32,000 nucleotides of DNA from Buchnera aphidicola str. APS (Acyrthosiphon pisum) (GTDB lineage: Bacteria > Pseudomonadota > Gammaproteobacteria > Enterobacterales > Enterobacteriaceae). A program made the translations under genes and the position numbers. The notes under the pieces are model-generated. The model worked only from the letters and a program-made list of their open reading frames with translations, searched no databases and was not told where the DNA came from. Positions within the stretch are counted from its first letter, which is position 1, and every line of letters begins with the position of its first letter. The stretch lies in assembly GCF_000009605.1 (NCBI RefSeq), contig NC_002528.1, forward strand, positions 180,001 through 212,000, read 5' to 3'. This document shows positions 1 through 9,581 of this stretch, piece after piece.

Positions 1-564
1 GATTTTTTAGAATAAGTAAAGATGCAAATAATAAAAAATTTTTATCATCCCTCTTTTATTTGTATCTTTGATTGCAATAGATCTGACTAAGATGATTTTT
101 ACAGTAGATAGTATTTCGGACATTTTTTTGTATTAGATCTAAGATTTATATATCTTCTTTATATATATAGAAAAAATTACATGATAAAACATAGATTATC
201 CGAGGGGTTATGAATTTTTATCATGTTCCAAATAATTTTGAAAATTTTTTTTTTATTATTCTAATATTGATAACTGTTTTGATAATATTAATTATTGTAT
301 TAGTTATATTTATAATTAATAATATATTATACAATAAAAAATATTAATAATTTTTTATTTAAACACATAATTTTACATATAGATATTTATATTTTAATTT
401 TTTAAAAAAATATAAAAAAATAAAAAATTTTTTACCATAACGTATTATACAATTTAATTTTTTATAAGATTATAAAATATATAAGACATATTTAGGTCTT
501 TACATGTTGTTCTATTTCTCATCAGAAGATTTTCAATTATTTTTTACAAAAAAATAAGAGTGCT

Positions 565-1800
565 ATGATTAATAAAAATTACTCTTTATCTCTCTGGCTT
601 AAATATTTAGAGCAGTTAGATAAAAAAAGAATATATAATCTTACTGAATTAAAATTTCTTGCAAAAAAGCTCGGTTTATTAAAGTCGGAATCTTTTATTT
701 TTACTGTTGCAGGAACTAATGGAAAAGGTACTACTTGTGCAGTATTAGAAAGATTGTTATTAGATTCGGGTTATCAAGTAGGACTATATACTTCCCCTCA
801 TCTTATAAATTTTGTAGAAAGAGTTAGAATTAATGGGTTTGTTCTTCATGAAGAAGAACATATTGATTCTTTTCAGAATGTAGAACTAGTTCGAAATGGT
901 GTTTTATTAACTTATTTTGAATTTATTACACTCGCTGCATTAATTTTGTTTAAAAGGTATTCATTAGATTGTATTATACTAAAAGTAGGTTTAGGGGGAA
1001 GATTAGATGCTACTAATATTATAGATTCTGATATATCGATAATAACTAATATAGGTATAGATCATACTTCTATTTTAGGAAGAGATCGCATAAGCATCGC
1101 ACGTGAAAAATGTGGAGTTTTTAGAAAAAATAAAATTTCTGTTATTGGAGAAACTGATATACCTTGTTCTATGTATCAAATAGCTAAAGAAAAAAAAACA
1201 ATACTAAAGAAAATTGATATAGATTGGTCATGGGAAAAAAAAAGAAATTATTGGAATTTTTTTCATTCTACCATACAATTGTATAATTTACCTGAGACTC
1301 AGGTACCATTATCGAGTGCAGCTACTGCTTTATCTACTCTATATTATTCTCGTTTTAAAATAAAAGAAAAAATTATAAGAAAATCTATTTCTAATGTTCA
1401 ATTGCCTGGTAGATTTCAAGTTATTTCTACCTTTCCTTATATTATTGTCGACGTAGCTCATAATCCTAACGCTGCTTTTTATTTATCTCAAAAAATAGAT
1501 GAAATAAATATAACCGGAAAAATATATGCAGTGGTAGGCATATTAAAAGATAAAGATATTTTGGGTATTATTGATCCTCTGGCAAATAAAATTCATCATT
1601 GGTTCACTGCCCCCTTGAAAACGATTCGAACTGCCACCAAACATGAATTAAAAAAATTTTTTCCTATTCACAATACATCTATTTTAAAAAGTATTGAAAT
1701 AGCTTATAAAAAAGCTTTGATATTAGTAAAAAAAGAAGATGCTATTATAATTTTCGGTTCTTTTTTAACTGTTTCAGAATTTCTTTCTTTAAAAATATAA
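565..1800 (+). CDS. folC: Dihydrofolate synthase / folylpolyglutamate synthase
   Basis: 411-aa ORF with the Mur-ligase ATP-binding motif TVAGTNGKGTT and the C-terminal DVAHNPNAA motif. Length is close to E. coli FolC, and cvpA follows it as in the enteric folC-(dedD)-cvpA arrangement. Confidence 0.9.
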   Translation: MINKNYSLSLWLKYLEQLDKKRIYNLTELKFLAKKLGLLKSESFIFTVAGTNGKGTTCAVLERLLLDSGYQVGLYTSPHLINFVERVRINGFVLHEEEHIDSFQNVELVRNGVLLTYFEFITLAALILFKRYSLDCIILKVGLGGRLDATNIIDSDISIITNIGIDHTSILGRDRISIAREKCGVFRKNKISVIGETDIPCSMYQIAKEKKTILKKIDIDWSWEKKRNYWNFFHSTIQLYNLPETQVPLSSAATALSTLYYSRFKIKEKIIRKSISNVQLPGRFQVISTFPYIIVDVAHNPNAAFYLSQKIDEINITGKIYAVVGILKDKDILGIIDPLANKIHHWFTAPLKTIRTATKHELKKFFPIHNTSILKSIEIAYKKALILVKKEDAIIIFGSFLTVSEFLSLKI

Positions 1801-1819
1801 ATATAACACACAAAAAAAT

Positions 1820-2301
1820 ATGATTTTGGAAAAATCTATGTTGTTACTAGATTATATTATTATTTTTTTCATTATTATTTCATTTTTTTTTGGTTTATCA
1901 CGTGGTTTATATCAAGAAATAGTTTCTTCTTATTTTTGGTTTTTTAATTTTTATTTTTTTAATAAATATGATTACTTTAGTTCGTTTTTTATTAATGCAG
2001 TTCAGAATGTTTTTTTAAAAAATAAAATTTTAATATTAGTGATGATTATTTTTTTTTTATTATAAAACATGTTTTAAACTTTTTTATGAGAAAACTTATA
2101 AGAAAAATGAAAATATCTTATTACAATATTATTTTAGGAGGTCTATTTGGAATATTTCGTAGTATACTATTAGTGTTTTTTCTTCTTTTTATTTTTAGTT
2201 ATTTTGATCAGAATCGCTATAATTATTATATAAATCATTCTTTTCTAATATTATTTTTTTTAAAATATAAACATTATTTTTTATTATTAGATATAATTTA
2301 G
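1820..2301 (+). pseudogene. cvpA: Colicin V production / inner-membrane protein CvpA, split by a frameshift in a T10 run
   Basis: Two ORFs (1820-2065 in frame 2, 2086-2301 in frame 1) are collinear with the N- and C-terminal halves of E. coli CvpA (162 aa). MLLLDYIIIFFII aligns with MVWIDYAIIAVI, and NIILGGLFGIFRSILLV aligns with DRVLGVCFGALRGVLIV. Frame 1 is already open from 2026, and its residues upstream of ATG 2086 (IIKHVLNFF) still align with CvpA. Adding one T to the T10 run at 2049-2058 fuses the halves. The true start is probably ATG 1838. Confidence 0.7.
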
Positions 2302-2304
2302 AGA

Positions 2305-2353
2305 CTAAGCACATTATGATGTGTATCAATATAAAAAATTATAGTGTGCTTAG
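2305..2353 (+). terminator. Stem-loop between convergent cvpA and prs (probable terminator)
   Basis: CTAAGCACATTATGAT (2305-2320) pairs with ATTATAGTGTGCTTAG (2338-2353). That gives 16 bp including 2 G.U, with a 17-nt loop, followed on the + strand by AATTTTA. It lies 3 nt after the cvpA stop. The U-tract is weak. Confidence 0.45.
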
Positions 2354-2378
2354 AATTTTAGCAATTTAAATCAGATGT

Positions 2379-3326
2379 TTAATGTTCAAACATAGCAGAA
2401 ATAGATTCTTCATTACTAATTCGTCTTATTGCCTCTGCTAACATACCTGATAAGGTTAATGTTCGTACATTAGGTAGTAACTCAATATTTTCTGATAATG
2501 GGATAGTATCACATACAACTACTTCATCAATAACTGAATTCTTTAAGTTTTTTGGTGCATCTCCAGAAAAAACAGGATGTGTTGCATATGCAAAAACTCT
2601 TTTAGCACCTCGTTCTTTAAGAGCCTCAGCAGCTTTACAAAGAGTTCCGCCTGTATCTATCATATCATCTACTAAAATGCAATCACGATTAGCTACATCT
2701 CCAATAATATTCATAATTTGAGATACATTAGCACGAGGTCTTCTTTTATCGATAATCGCCATATCAGTATCGTAAAGAAGTTTAGCAATTGCTCTAGCTC
2801 TTACAACTCCACCAATATCAGGAGAAACAACAATAGGGTTCTTTAGCTCTCTTTGAAGCATATCTTCTAAAAGAATTAAACTGCCAAATACGTTATCTAC
2901 AGGTACATCAAAAAAACCTTGTATTTGTTCTGCATGCAAATCTACTGTTAATACACGATCTACTCCAATGCTGGATAGAAAGTCAGCTACTACTTTTGCG
3001 GTTATAGGAACGCGAGCCGATCTTACTCTGCGATCTTGACGAGCATATCCAAAATATGGTATGACTGCAGTAATTCTTCCCGCAGAAGCTCTTCTTAAGG
3101 AATCTACCATCACAACTAATTCCATAATATTATCATTCGTTGGTGAACAGGTAGATTGAATGATAAAAACATCACTTCCTCTTACATTTTCATTTATTTG
3201 AACACTTATTTCGCCATCACTAAATCGACCGACAGATGCTTTTCCTAAGTTGATATATAATCGATTTGCAATAAATTTTGCTAGTTTAGGAATAGAATTT
3301 CCAGAAAAAAGTTTCATGTCAGGCAT
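2379..3326 (-). CDS. prs: Ribose-phosphate pyrophosphokinase (PRPP synthetase)
   Basis: 315 aa, the same length as E. coli Prs. It carries the PRPP-binding loop [10 protein letters not shown] and [11 protein letters not shown], and is near-colinear with Prs throughout. Confidence 0.97.
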   Translation of the reverse strand: MPDMKLFSGNSIPKLAKFIANRLYINLGKASVGRFSDGEISVQINENVRGSDVFIIQSTCSPTNDNIMELVVMVDSLRRASAGRITAVIPYFGYARQDRRVRSARVPITAKVVADFLSSIGVDRVLTVDLHAEQIQGFFDVPVDNVFGSLILLEDMLQRELKNPIVVSPDIGGVVRARAIAKLLYDTDMAIIDKRRPRANVSQIMNIIGDVANRDCILVDDMIDTGGTLCKAAEALKERGAKRVFAYATHPVFSGDAPKNLKNSVIDEVVVCDTIPLSENIELLPNVRTLTLSGMLAEAIRRISNEESISAMFEH

Positions 3327-3445
3327 AAAGAACCTTTTTTATTTTGAATTAGTAGTTTTATGTATTCGATAATAATATTTTCTATTCAAAAATATTTTAT
3401 TAAATAAATTACCATTAAAATATTTTCTTATTCTAACAATCAATA

Positions 3446-4330
3446 TTATCGTTTATAAAGAGTTTTATGCAATGGTGAAATATTAACACTTTTTGCTATA
3501 AACCCTTGGACGTTTTTAGGTAACACGGAAAAAATTTTTTGTGCAGATTTTTTATTATCAAATTCAGAAAAAACACAAGATCCTGTGCCAGTCATGCGTG
3601 AAGGCGCATATGAAGATAACATTCTAATTAATTTTTTTATTGGGACAAATTGTTTTTTTGCTATATTTTCGAAGTCATTTTTAAAAGGTGTTTTTAATAA
3701 TACTTGGAGTGATTTTTTAGCTGTATTACTCATTAAAAATGGACTTGAAAACATATAACGTGTTGAAATATTAATACAAGGATAGACAACTAAATACCAT
3801 TTTTCTTTTTGCACAATAGGATATAATATATCTCCTATTCCTTCAATAACAGCTGTATTGCCCATAACAAAACCAGGTACGTCAGCCCCTATTCTGAGTC
3901 CTAATAAAGATAGTTCTTTCAATGTATATTGTGTATTCCATAATTTGTTTAGAACAACTAAAGTGGTTGCAGCGTTTGAAGAACCTCCTCCTAATCCACT
4001 ACCCATAGGTATGTTTTTTTTTAAAAATATTTTTGCTCCATAACTAGAATTTTGTAATTTACCTTGTAAGAGTGCAGTTTTTTTTAATAGTTTAGCAGCA
4101 ATAATAATACTATTTTGTACATTCATAAAAATTTTTTTTTCAGTGAATAATTCAATATTACCTGTTTTATTAGCAATTATTTTGAATTGATCACCATAAT
4201 CAAGAAATTGAAACAATGTTTGTATATTATGATATCCATCTTTTCGTCTACCTGTGACATATAGAAAAAGATTAATTTTTGCGGGAGATAAACATGTATA
4301 AATCATTTTTTTTTGGTTTCGTTTGTTCAT
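3446..4330 (-). CDS. ispE: 4-diphosphocytidyl-2-C-methyl-D-erythritol kinase
   Basis: GHMP-kinase motif PMGSGLGGGSSNAA. The N-terminus SPAKINLFLYVTGRRKDGYH and TLFQFLDYGD match E. coli IspE. It sits upstream of prs as in enterics. The alternative start at ATG 4306 (MIYTCLSPAK) would match E. coli length better. Confidence 0.9.
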   Translation of the reverse strand: MNKRNQKKMIYTCLSPAKINLFLYVTGRRKDGYHNIQTLFQFLDYGDQFKIIANKTGNIELFTEKKIFMNVQNSIIIAAKLLKKTALLQGKLQNSSYGAKIFLKKNIPMGSGLGGGSSNAATTLVVLNKLWNTQYTLKELSLLGLRIGADVPGFVMGNTAVIEGIGDILYPIVQKEKWYLVVYPCINISTRYMFSSPFLMSNTAKKSLQVLLKTPFKNDFENIAKKQFVPIKKLIRMLSSYAPSRMTGTGSCVFSEFDNKKSAQKIFSVLPKNVQGFIAKSVNISPLHKTLYKR

Positions 4331-4537
4331 TTAAAATATTTTTATATTAATTTTTATTAAAATTACAATAGAAACATTTAAAATGTTATAATCACTATCG
4401 TATAGATATTTACATTTTATCGTTTTAAAAAAGATTAAATAAAAAGTATTTTTGTATTTTTGATTACATTAATAATACATTGTTTAATATTAATTAAAAA
4501 TTAATTTTTTTAAAACACTCAGCAATAGAAGGTTTTT

Positions 4538-5623
4538 ATGAATAATTCTATTTTAAATAAATTAAAATCTTTACGAAATCGCTACCAAGAAATTGAAATA
4601 ATGCTTACACAGAAAAATGTTATTTCGAATCGTGAAAATTTAAAGACTTTATCTAAAGAATATTTGAAACTTTCAGAAATTATAAAATATTTTATTGAAT
4701 GGGAAAAACTAGAAGTTGATATTGAAAATGTCAATATCTTGTTAAATGACGTAGAAATACAAGGTATGGCTGAAGAAGAATTATATTTTTTTAATAAAAA
4801 AAAGAAAGCGTTAGAAAAAAAAATTAACCAATTATTATTACCTGAAGATCCTAATGATAAACATAGTTGTTTCATTGAAATTCGATCTGCAACCGGAGGG
4901 GATGAATCGTCTATTTTTGCAGGTGAATTATTTAGAATGTATCTGCGATATGCTGAAAGTTATTCATGGAAAGTAGAAATAATGAATACTAGTGAAAGTG
5001 AAAAAGGAGGATTTAAAGAAATAATTGCAAAAATTACAGGAAGAGGTGCATGTGGTCGCTTAAAATTCGAATCAGGTGGCCACCGTGTGCAAAGAGTACC
5101 AGAAACAGAATCACAGGGAAGAATTCACACATCAACTTGTACAGTTGCCGTTATGCCTGTGACTCCTAAAACTGAAAAAGAAGAAATTAATTCTTCTGAT
5201 TTAAAAATTGATACTTTTCGATCTTCTGGCGCTGGAGGGCAACATGTCAATACCACTGATTCTGCCATTAGAATCACTCATATCCCTACAGGCAATGTAG
5301 TAGAATGTCAAGATGAACGTTCACAACATAAAAACAAAGCGAAAGCCTTATCTATTTTATCCGCACGTGTTTATGCGGCAAAATTAGAAAAAGATCGTCA
5401 AGAAAGCTCTTCTATGAGAAAGATTTTATTAGGTACTGGAGAACGATCTGATAGAAATAGAACATATAACTTTCCTCAAAATAGAATTACAGACCATAGA
5501 ATTAATCTTTCTATCTATAAATTAGACGAGGTATTACAAGGAAAATTAGATTTGCTTATTGATCCAATTATTCAGGAATATCAAGCTGATATGCTATCTT
5601 CTTTATCTAAATCAGAATCATGA
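4538..5623 (+). CDS. prfA: Peptide chain release factor 1
   Basis: 361 aa with the GGQ motif ([14 protein letters not shown]) and a PxT recognition tripeptide (here P-E-T at 5099-5107). A GAAGG Shine-Dalgarno lies upstream. prmC follows with an ATGA overlap. Confidence 0.97.
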   Translation: MNNSILNKLKSLRNRYQEIEIMLTQKNVISNRENLKTLSKEYLKLSEIIKYFIEWEKLEVDIENVNILLNDVEIQGMAEEELYFFNKKKKALEKKINQLLLPEDPNDKHSCFIEIRSATGGDESSIFAGELFRMYLRYAESYSWKVEIMNTSESEKGGFKEIIAKITGRGACGRLKFESGGHRVQRVPETESQGRIHTSTCTVAVMPVTPKTEKEEINSSDLKIDTFRSSGAGGQHVNTTDSAIRITHIPTGNVVECQDERSQHKNKAKALSILSARVYAAKLEKDRQESSSMRKILLGTGERSDRNRTYNFPQNRITDHRINLSIYKLDEVLQGKLDLLIDPIIQEYQADMLSSLSKSES

Positions 5624-6453
5624 ACATTAAAAAATGGATTAAAAAATCTATTCAAAAATTATCTCACGTCGATAATCCTAAATTTGAATCAGAACTTTTA
5701 TTAAGTTATGTTACAAAACACACACGTAGTTTTATTATTAGTTCTGATGAAATTCAATTAACTGAAAAACAATATAAATACTTAAATCATTTAATTCATC
5801 GTAGATCTTTAGGAGAACCTATAGCTTATATAATAAAAGAAAAAGAGTTTTGGTCTTTGTCTTTATGTGTTTCATATGATACTCTTATTCCAAGACCTGA
5901 TACAGAGATTTTAGTCGAGCGAGCATTATCTAAAATTAAAAGTAATTCTGCATGTATTCTTGATTTAGGTACTGGATGTGGAGCAATTGCTTTAGCTTTA
6001 GCTAGTATCAATTCTAATTGGAATATTATCGGCATTGATAAATCAGAAAACGCCCTTGCAATAGCTCGAATCAATGCTTCAAAATTAAATTTTAAAAATG
6101 TTACTTTCTTTTTTAGTGACTGGTTCTTAAATATAAAAAAAAAATTTAATATTATTGTAAGTAACCCGCCATATGTTAGTAAAAAAGAAATTAAATTTTT
6201 TAAAAAAGATATTTTTTTTGAGCCATTAAGTGCTCTTATATCAGATAATAATGGACTATCAGATATTGAGAATATAATAAAAAATTCGAAACATTACTTG
6301 TTTTATGGTGGTTGGTTAATGATAGAGCACGGATGGCGACAAAAAGTAAAAGTTCAGTATTTATTTAAAAAATATAATTTTCATGAAATAGAATCTTATC
6401 AAGATTATGGAGGAAACGATCGTGTAACAATTGGGAAAAAATATGATAAATAA
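5620..6453 (+). CDS. prmC: Release-factor glutamine N5-methyltransferase
   Basis: 277 aa with the SAM-binding motif [12 protein letters not shown] and the catalytic NPPY (VSNPPYV). Its start overlaps the prfA stop by 4 nt (ATGA), as in the conserved prfA-prmC operon. Confidence 0.93.
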   Translation: MNIKKWIKKSIQKLSHVDNPKFESELLLSYVTKHTRSFIISSDEIQLTEKQYKYLNHLIHRRSLGEPIAYIIKEKEFWSLSLCVSYDTLIPRPDTEILVERALSKIKSNSACILDLGTGCGAIALALASINSNWNIIGIDKSENALAIARINASKLNFKNVTFFFSDWFLNIKKKFNIIVSNPPYVSKKEIKFFKKDIFFEPLSALISDNNGLSDIENIIKNSKHYLFYGGWLMIEHGWRQKVKVQYLFKKYNFHEIESYQDYGGNDRVTIGKKYDK

Positions 6454-6612
6454 AAATTTATATATTTTAAAAAATTTGTAAAAACAAAAAATGTTGTATT
6501 AACAAAAACAAAAAAAAATGTTATATTTTAATATAAAGTAAATTTTTTATAAAAAAATTATACCATTTAAATTTTTATTATTTATTTTAAAAATATTACT
6601 ATTACTAATAAT

Positions 6613-7422
6613 ATGAACTCTCTTTCTAATATTGATTTTTCTAAATTATCACTGTTTGAATCAATTATCGTTGCTTCTCAGGCTATTCGAGAAGATTTTC
6701 CTTCACATAGTGTCCTGACTGAATTAAAAAATAGAATTAAAGAAGCTGAATCTTACATTTCATCTGAAAACGAACCTGATCGCAAATTAGAAAAATTGCT
6801 GCAATTGTTTTATACTCAGTGGAATTTTGGTGGCGCCAGCGGTGTTTATAAGCTTTCAGATACATTATGGATTGATAATGTTCTAAAAACACGAAAAGGC
6901 ACTGCAGTATCTCTAGGAATTATTTTTTTACATATTGCTCAATCATTAAAACTGCCATTAAATCCCGTTGTTTTTCCTACTCAACTTATTTTAAGAGCAG
7001 ATTGGATCAACGAAAAAAAATGGCTTATTAATCCTTTTAATGGAGAGATATTAGATCAACATACATTAGAAGTTTGGTTAAAAGGTAATATTAGTCCGAC
7101 AGCAGAATTATATGAAAATGATTTATATAAATCTGAATCTATTACTGTAATTCGAAAAATGTTAGATACATTAAAAGCCGCATTAATGGAAGAAAAAAAA
7201 ATGGAATTAGCACTCAATGTTACTAATTTATTAATTAAAATTGATCCAAATGATCCCTATGAAATTCGTGATAGAGGACTGATATATGCACAATTAGAAT
7301 GTAATCATGTTGCTTTAACAGATTTGATTTATTTTGTAGAACATTGTCCAGAAGATCCTATTAGTGAAATCATTAAAATTCAAATTCACTCTATTGAACA
7401 AAAAAAAACTATTTTACATTAA
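6613..7422 (+). CDS. sirB1: SirB1/YchA family protein (transglutaminase-like plus TPR-like; function poorly defined)
   Basis: 269 aa, the same length as E. coli YchA as I recall it. It has conserved blocks GTAVSLGIIFLHIA, VVFPTQLILRADW, WLINPFNGE and PYEIRDRGLIYAQLEC, and lies downstream of prmC as in enterics. Confidence 0.8.
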   Translation: MNSLSNIDFSKLSLFESIIVASQAIREDFPSHSVLTELKNRIKEAESYISSENEPDRKLEKLLQLFYTQWNFGGASGVYKLSDTLWIDNVLKTRKGTAVSLGIIFLHIAQSLKLPLNPVVFPTQLILRADWINEKKWLINPFNGEILDQHTLEVWLKGNISPTAELYENDLYKSESITVIRKMLDTLKAALMEEKKMELALNVTNLLIKIDPNDPYEIRDRGLIYAQLECNHVALTDLIYFVEHCPEDPISEIIKIQIHSIEQKKTILH

Positions 7423-7429
7423 AAACTAT

Positions 7430-8236
7430 TTACTGTGTAATCGGTAGATTACGTTTGTGTAATGTATTTAAATATAGTGCTTCAATAATTTTTTGACTTC
7501 TAATATCTATTTTTTTTTGTTCTAGATAAGAATCAATTGCATCATATGTAACACCTAAAACAGATTCATCATCTTGCTGTGGATGCTCATCTTCTAAGTC
7601 CGCCATTGGTTTTTTTAAATATAAATGCTTTGGACAATTTAAGTTTTTTAATAACAATCGAATTTGTCGTTTATTTAACTTGGCAATAGGATTAATATCT
7701 GTTCCGCTATCTCCATATTTTGTAAAAAATCCAGTAATATTTTCTGCTGCATGTCCTGTGCCAACTACAAGACCTTGTTTCATCGCTGCAATACTATATT
7801 GTACTTTCATTCTTTCTCTAGCCTTTTCATTTCCTCTTACATAATCTGAAATAATGACACCTGATTTTTTTAAAGATTTTTCACTGCTTAAAACCGCTTT
7901 TTTGATATTAACATTAAAAATTTGGTCTGGTTGTATAAAACGAATTGCATCCTGACAGTCTTTTTCATCATATTGAATACCATATGGTAAGCGCAATGCA
8001 ATAAATTGGTAGGTAATATCGTTCTTTTCTTTTCTTAATGTTTCAGCAGTCATTTGACATAATTTTGCAGTCAATGTTGAATCTTGTCCTCCGCTGACAC
8101 CAACTATTAAAGATTTTATATGCACATGATTAACTAAATATTTTTTTAAAAAATCAACGCAATTTTTTATTTCTATCTCTGGTATAATTGCTGGTTTTAC
8201 TCCCAGTAATTCGATAATTTTTTTTTGAAGTGTCAT
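7430..8236 (-). CDS. nadE: NH3-dependent NAD+ synthetase
   Basis: 268 aa with the PP-loop SGGQDS, plus [19 protein letters not shown] and DINP motifs. It is colinear with E. coli NadE from MTLQ. Confidence 0.95.
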
Positions 8237-8319
8237 AGATCAACCTGATTTTTCAGAAATTGAAAATATTTATATACAAAATAGAAAATATATTTTTTAA
8301 TATTATTAAAATAAATAAA

Positions 8320-9537
8320 ATGGACAAAAAATTGAATAATTTAATTTTAGTGTTAAATTGTGGTAGTTCTTCTATAAAATTTGCGATATTAAATCCTGAT
8401 AATAAAGAAAAATATTTATCTGGATCAGTAGAATGTTTATTTTTATTAGAAACATATATCACATGGCAGTGTTTAGGAACAAAACATAAAAAAAAAATAG
8501 GTGCAAATGTTAATCATAAAGACGCTTTAAATTTTATTATAGAACAGGTTTTTTCACAACAAAAAGATATTTTTAAAAATCTAATAGGAGTAGGTCATAG
8601 AGTAGTACATGGAGGAACTAAAATAAAAAAATCAACTTTAATTGACAGTAATATTATTAAATGTATTCAAGATGCATCATCTTTTGCTCCACTACATAAT
8701 CCTGCTAATTTAATTGGCATAAAAATGATTATAGAAAAATATCCTAGTTTATCAAGAAAAAATATAGCAGTTTTTGATACATCCTTTTATTGTAATATGC
8801 CTGAAACTTCTTTTCTATATGCAATACCATATAATTTTTATAAAAAATATGGTATTAGACGTTACGGTGCTCATGGTATTAGTCATAATTATGTTGCTCA
8901 TAGAGCATCTCTTATGTTAAATAAACAATTTAAATCTTTAAATATCATAACATGTCATTTAGGCAATGGATCTTCTATTTCTGCTATTTGCAATGGAATA
9001 TGTGTAGATACTTCAATGGGATTAACTCCTCTAGAAGGATTAGTTATGGGTACTCGTAGCGGAGATCTAGATCCTTCAATTATTTTTTTTATGAATAACC
9101 ATCTCAATTTAAGTATTGATAAAATTGAAACAATTTTAAATAAAAAGTCAGGATTATTAGGTTTAAGTGGAATTAGTAGTGATTTTCGTTATTTTGAAAA
9201 AAAATATTATTGTAAAAAACATGCTAAAAGATCTGTAGATATCTTTTGTCATCGTCTATCTAAATATATTGCCGCCTATACAAGTGTACTAGAAAATCGT
9301 TTAGATGCTGTTATTTTTACTGGTGGTATCGGTGAAAATGTACCTTTAATTAGAGAATTAGTTTTTTCTAGATTATCTCTATTAGGTTTTAAGATTAATT
9401 CAAATCTTAACTTATCTACTATAGGAGGTAAATCCGGTTTAATTACTGAGGATAATTCTACTCCAGTTTTTGTAATTACAACAGATGAAGAATTAGCAAT
9501 AGCTCAAGAAACTAATAGTATAATTAATAGAAAATAG
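8320..9537 (+). CDS. ackA: Acetate kinase
   Basis: The ORF track starts at TTG 8260. The conserved N-terminus begins at ATG 8320 ([24 protein letters not shown], versus E. coli [20 protein letters not shown]), giving 405 aa against 400 in E. coli. pta follows 44 nt downstream. Confidence 0.93.
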   Translation: [405 protein letters not shown]

Positions 9538-9581
9538 TTATTTCTTAGTATTTTATATTGATATATCATAACAGGAAAATT

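Noticed and set aside
7-123. A 38-codon minus-strand ORF at the left edge (MSEILSTVKIILVRSIAIKDTNKRGMIKIFYYLHLYLF).
   Set aside because: It is short, I recognise no homology, there is no SD, and it terminates inside the window. I cannot distinguish it from a chance ORF or from a remnant of a decayed gene.
3858-4043. Track ORFs lying antisense inside conserved genes. They are 3858-4043 (in ispE), 4582-4875 (prfA), 5826-6074 (prmC), 15920-16129 and 16547-16768 (gyrA), 20813-20995 (grpE), 26667-26906 (ychF), 28999-29214 (thrB) and 29385-29837 (thrA).
   Set aside because: Each is fully embedded opposite a strongly conserved CDS. All have low-complexity F/I/L/S/K-rich translations with no recognisable motifs. 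They are the kind of open frame expected by chance on the antisense strand of AT-rich genes.
6481-6527. An imperfect direct repeat CAAAAAAATGTTGTATT / CAAAAAAAAAATGTTATATT in the prmC-sirB1 spacer, checked as a possible repeat array or mini-ORFs.
   Set aside because: There are only two degenerate copies of low-complexity sequence. There is no spacer-repeat periodicity, and the ATG-initiated frames are 3 and 7 codons long. This is most simply slippage duplication.
8260-8319. TTG- or ATG-extended N-termini in the ORF track for ackA (8260), pta (9558), the DUF2076-like gene (18297), ung (19792) and grxD (23090).
   Set aside because: The extensions have no counterpart in E. coli orthologues. The conserved N-terminus begins at an internal ATG in every case, and where a Shine-Dalgarno is visible (pta, the DUF2076-like gene, grxD) it precedes that ATG. 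For pth the opposite holds, and the TTG start was kept.
8253-8462. A 69-aa minus-strand ORF across the nadE-ackA spacer and the ackA 5' end, and a 63-aa minus-strand ORF at 25121-25312 across the pth start.
   Set aside because: Both overlap the conserved N-termini of ackA and pth on the other strand. Their sequence is low-complexity, and they have no SD or homology signal.
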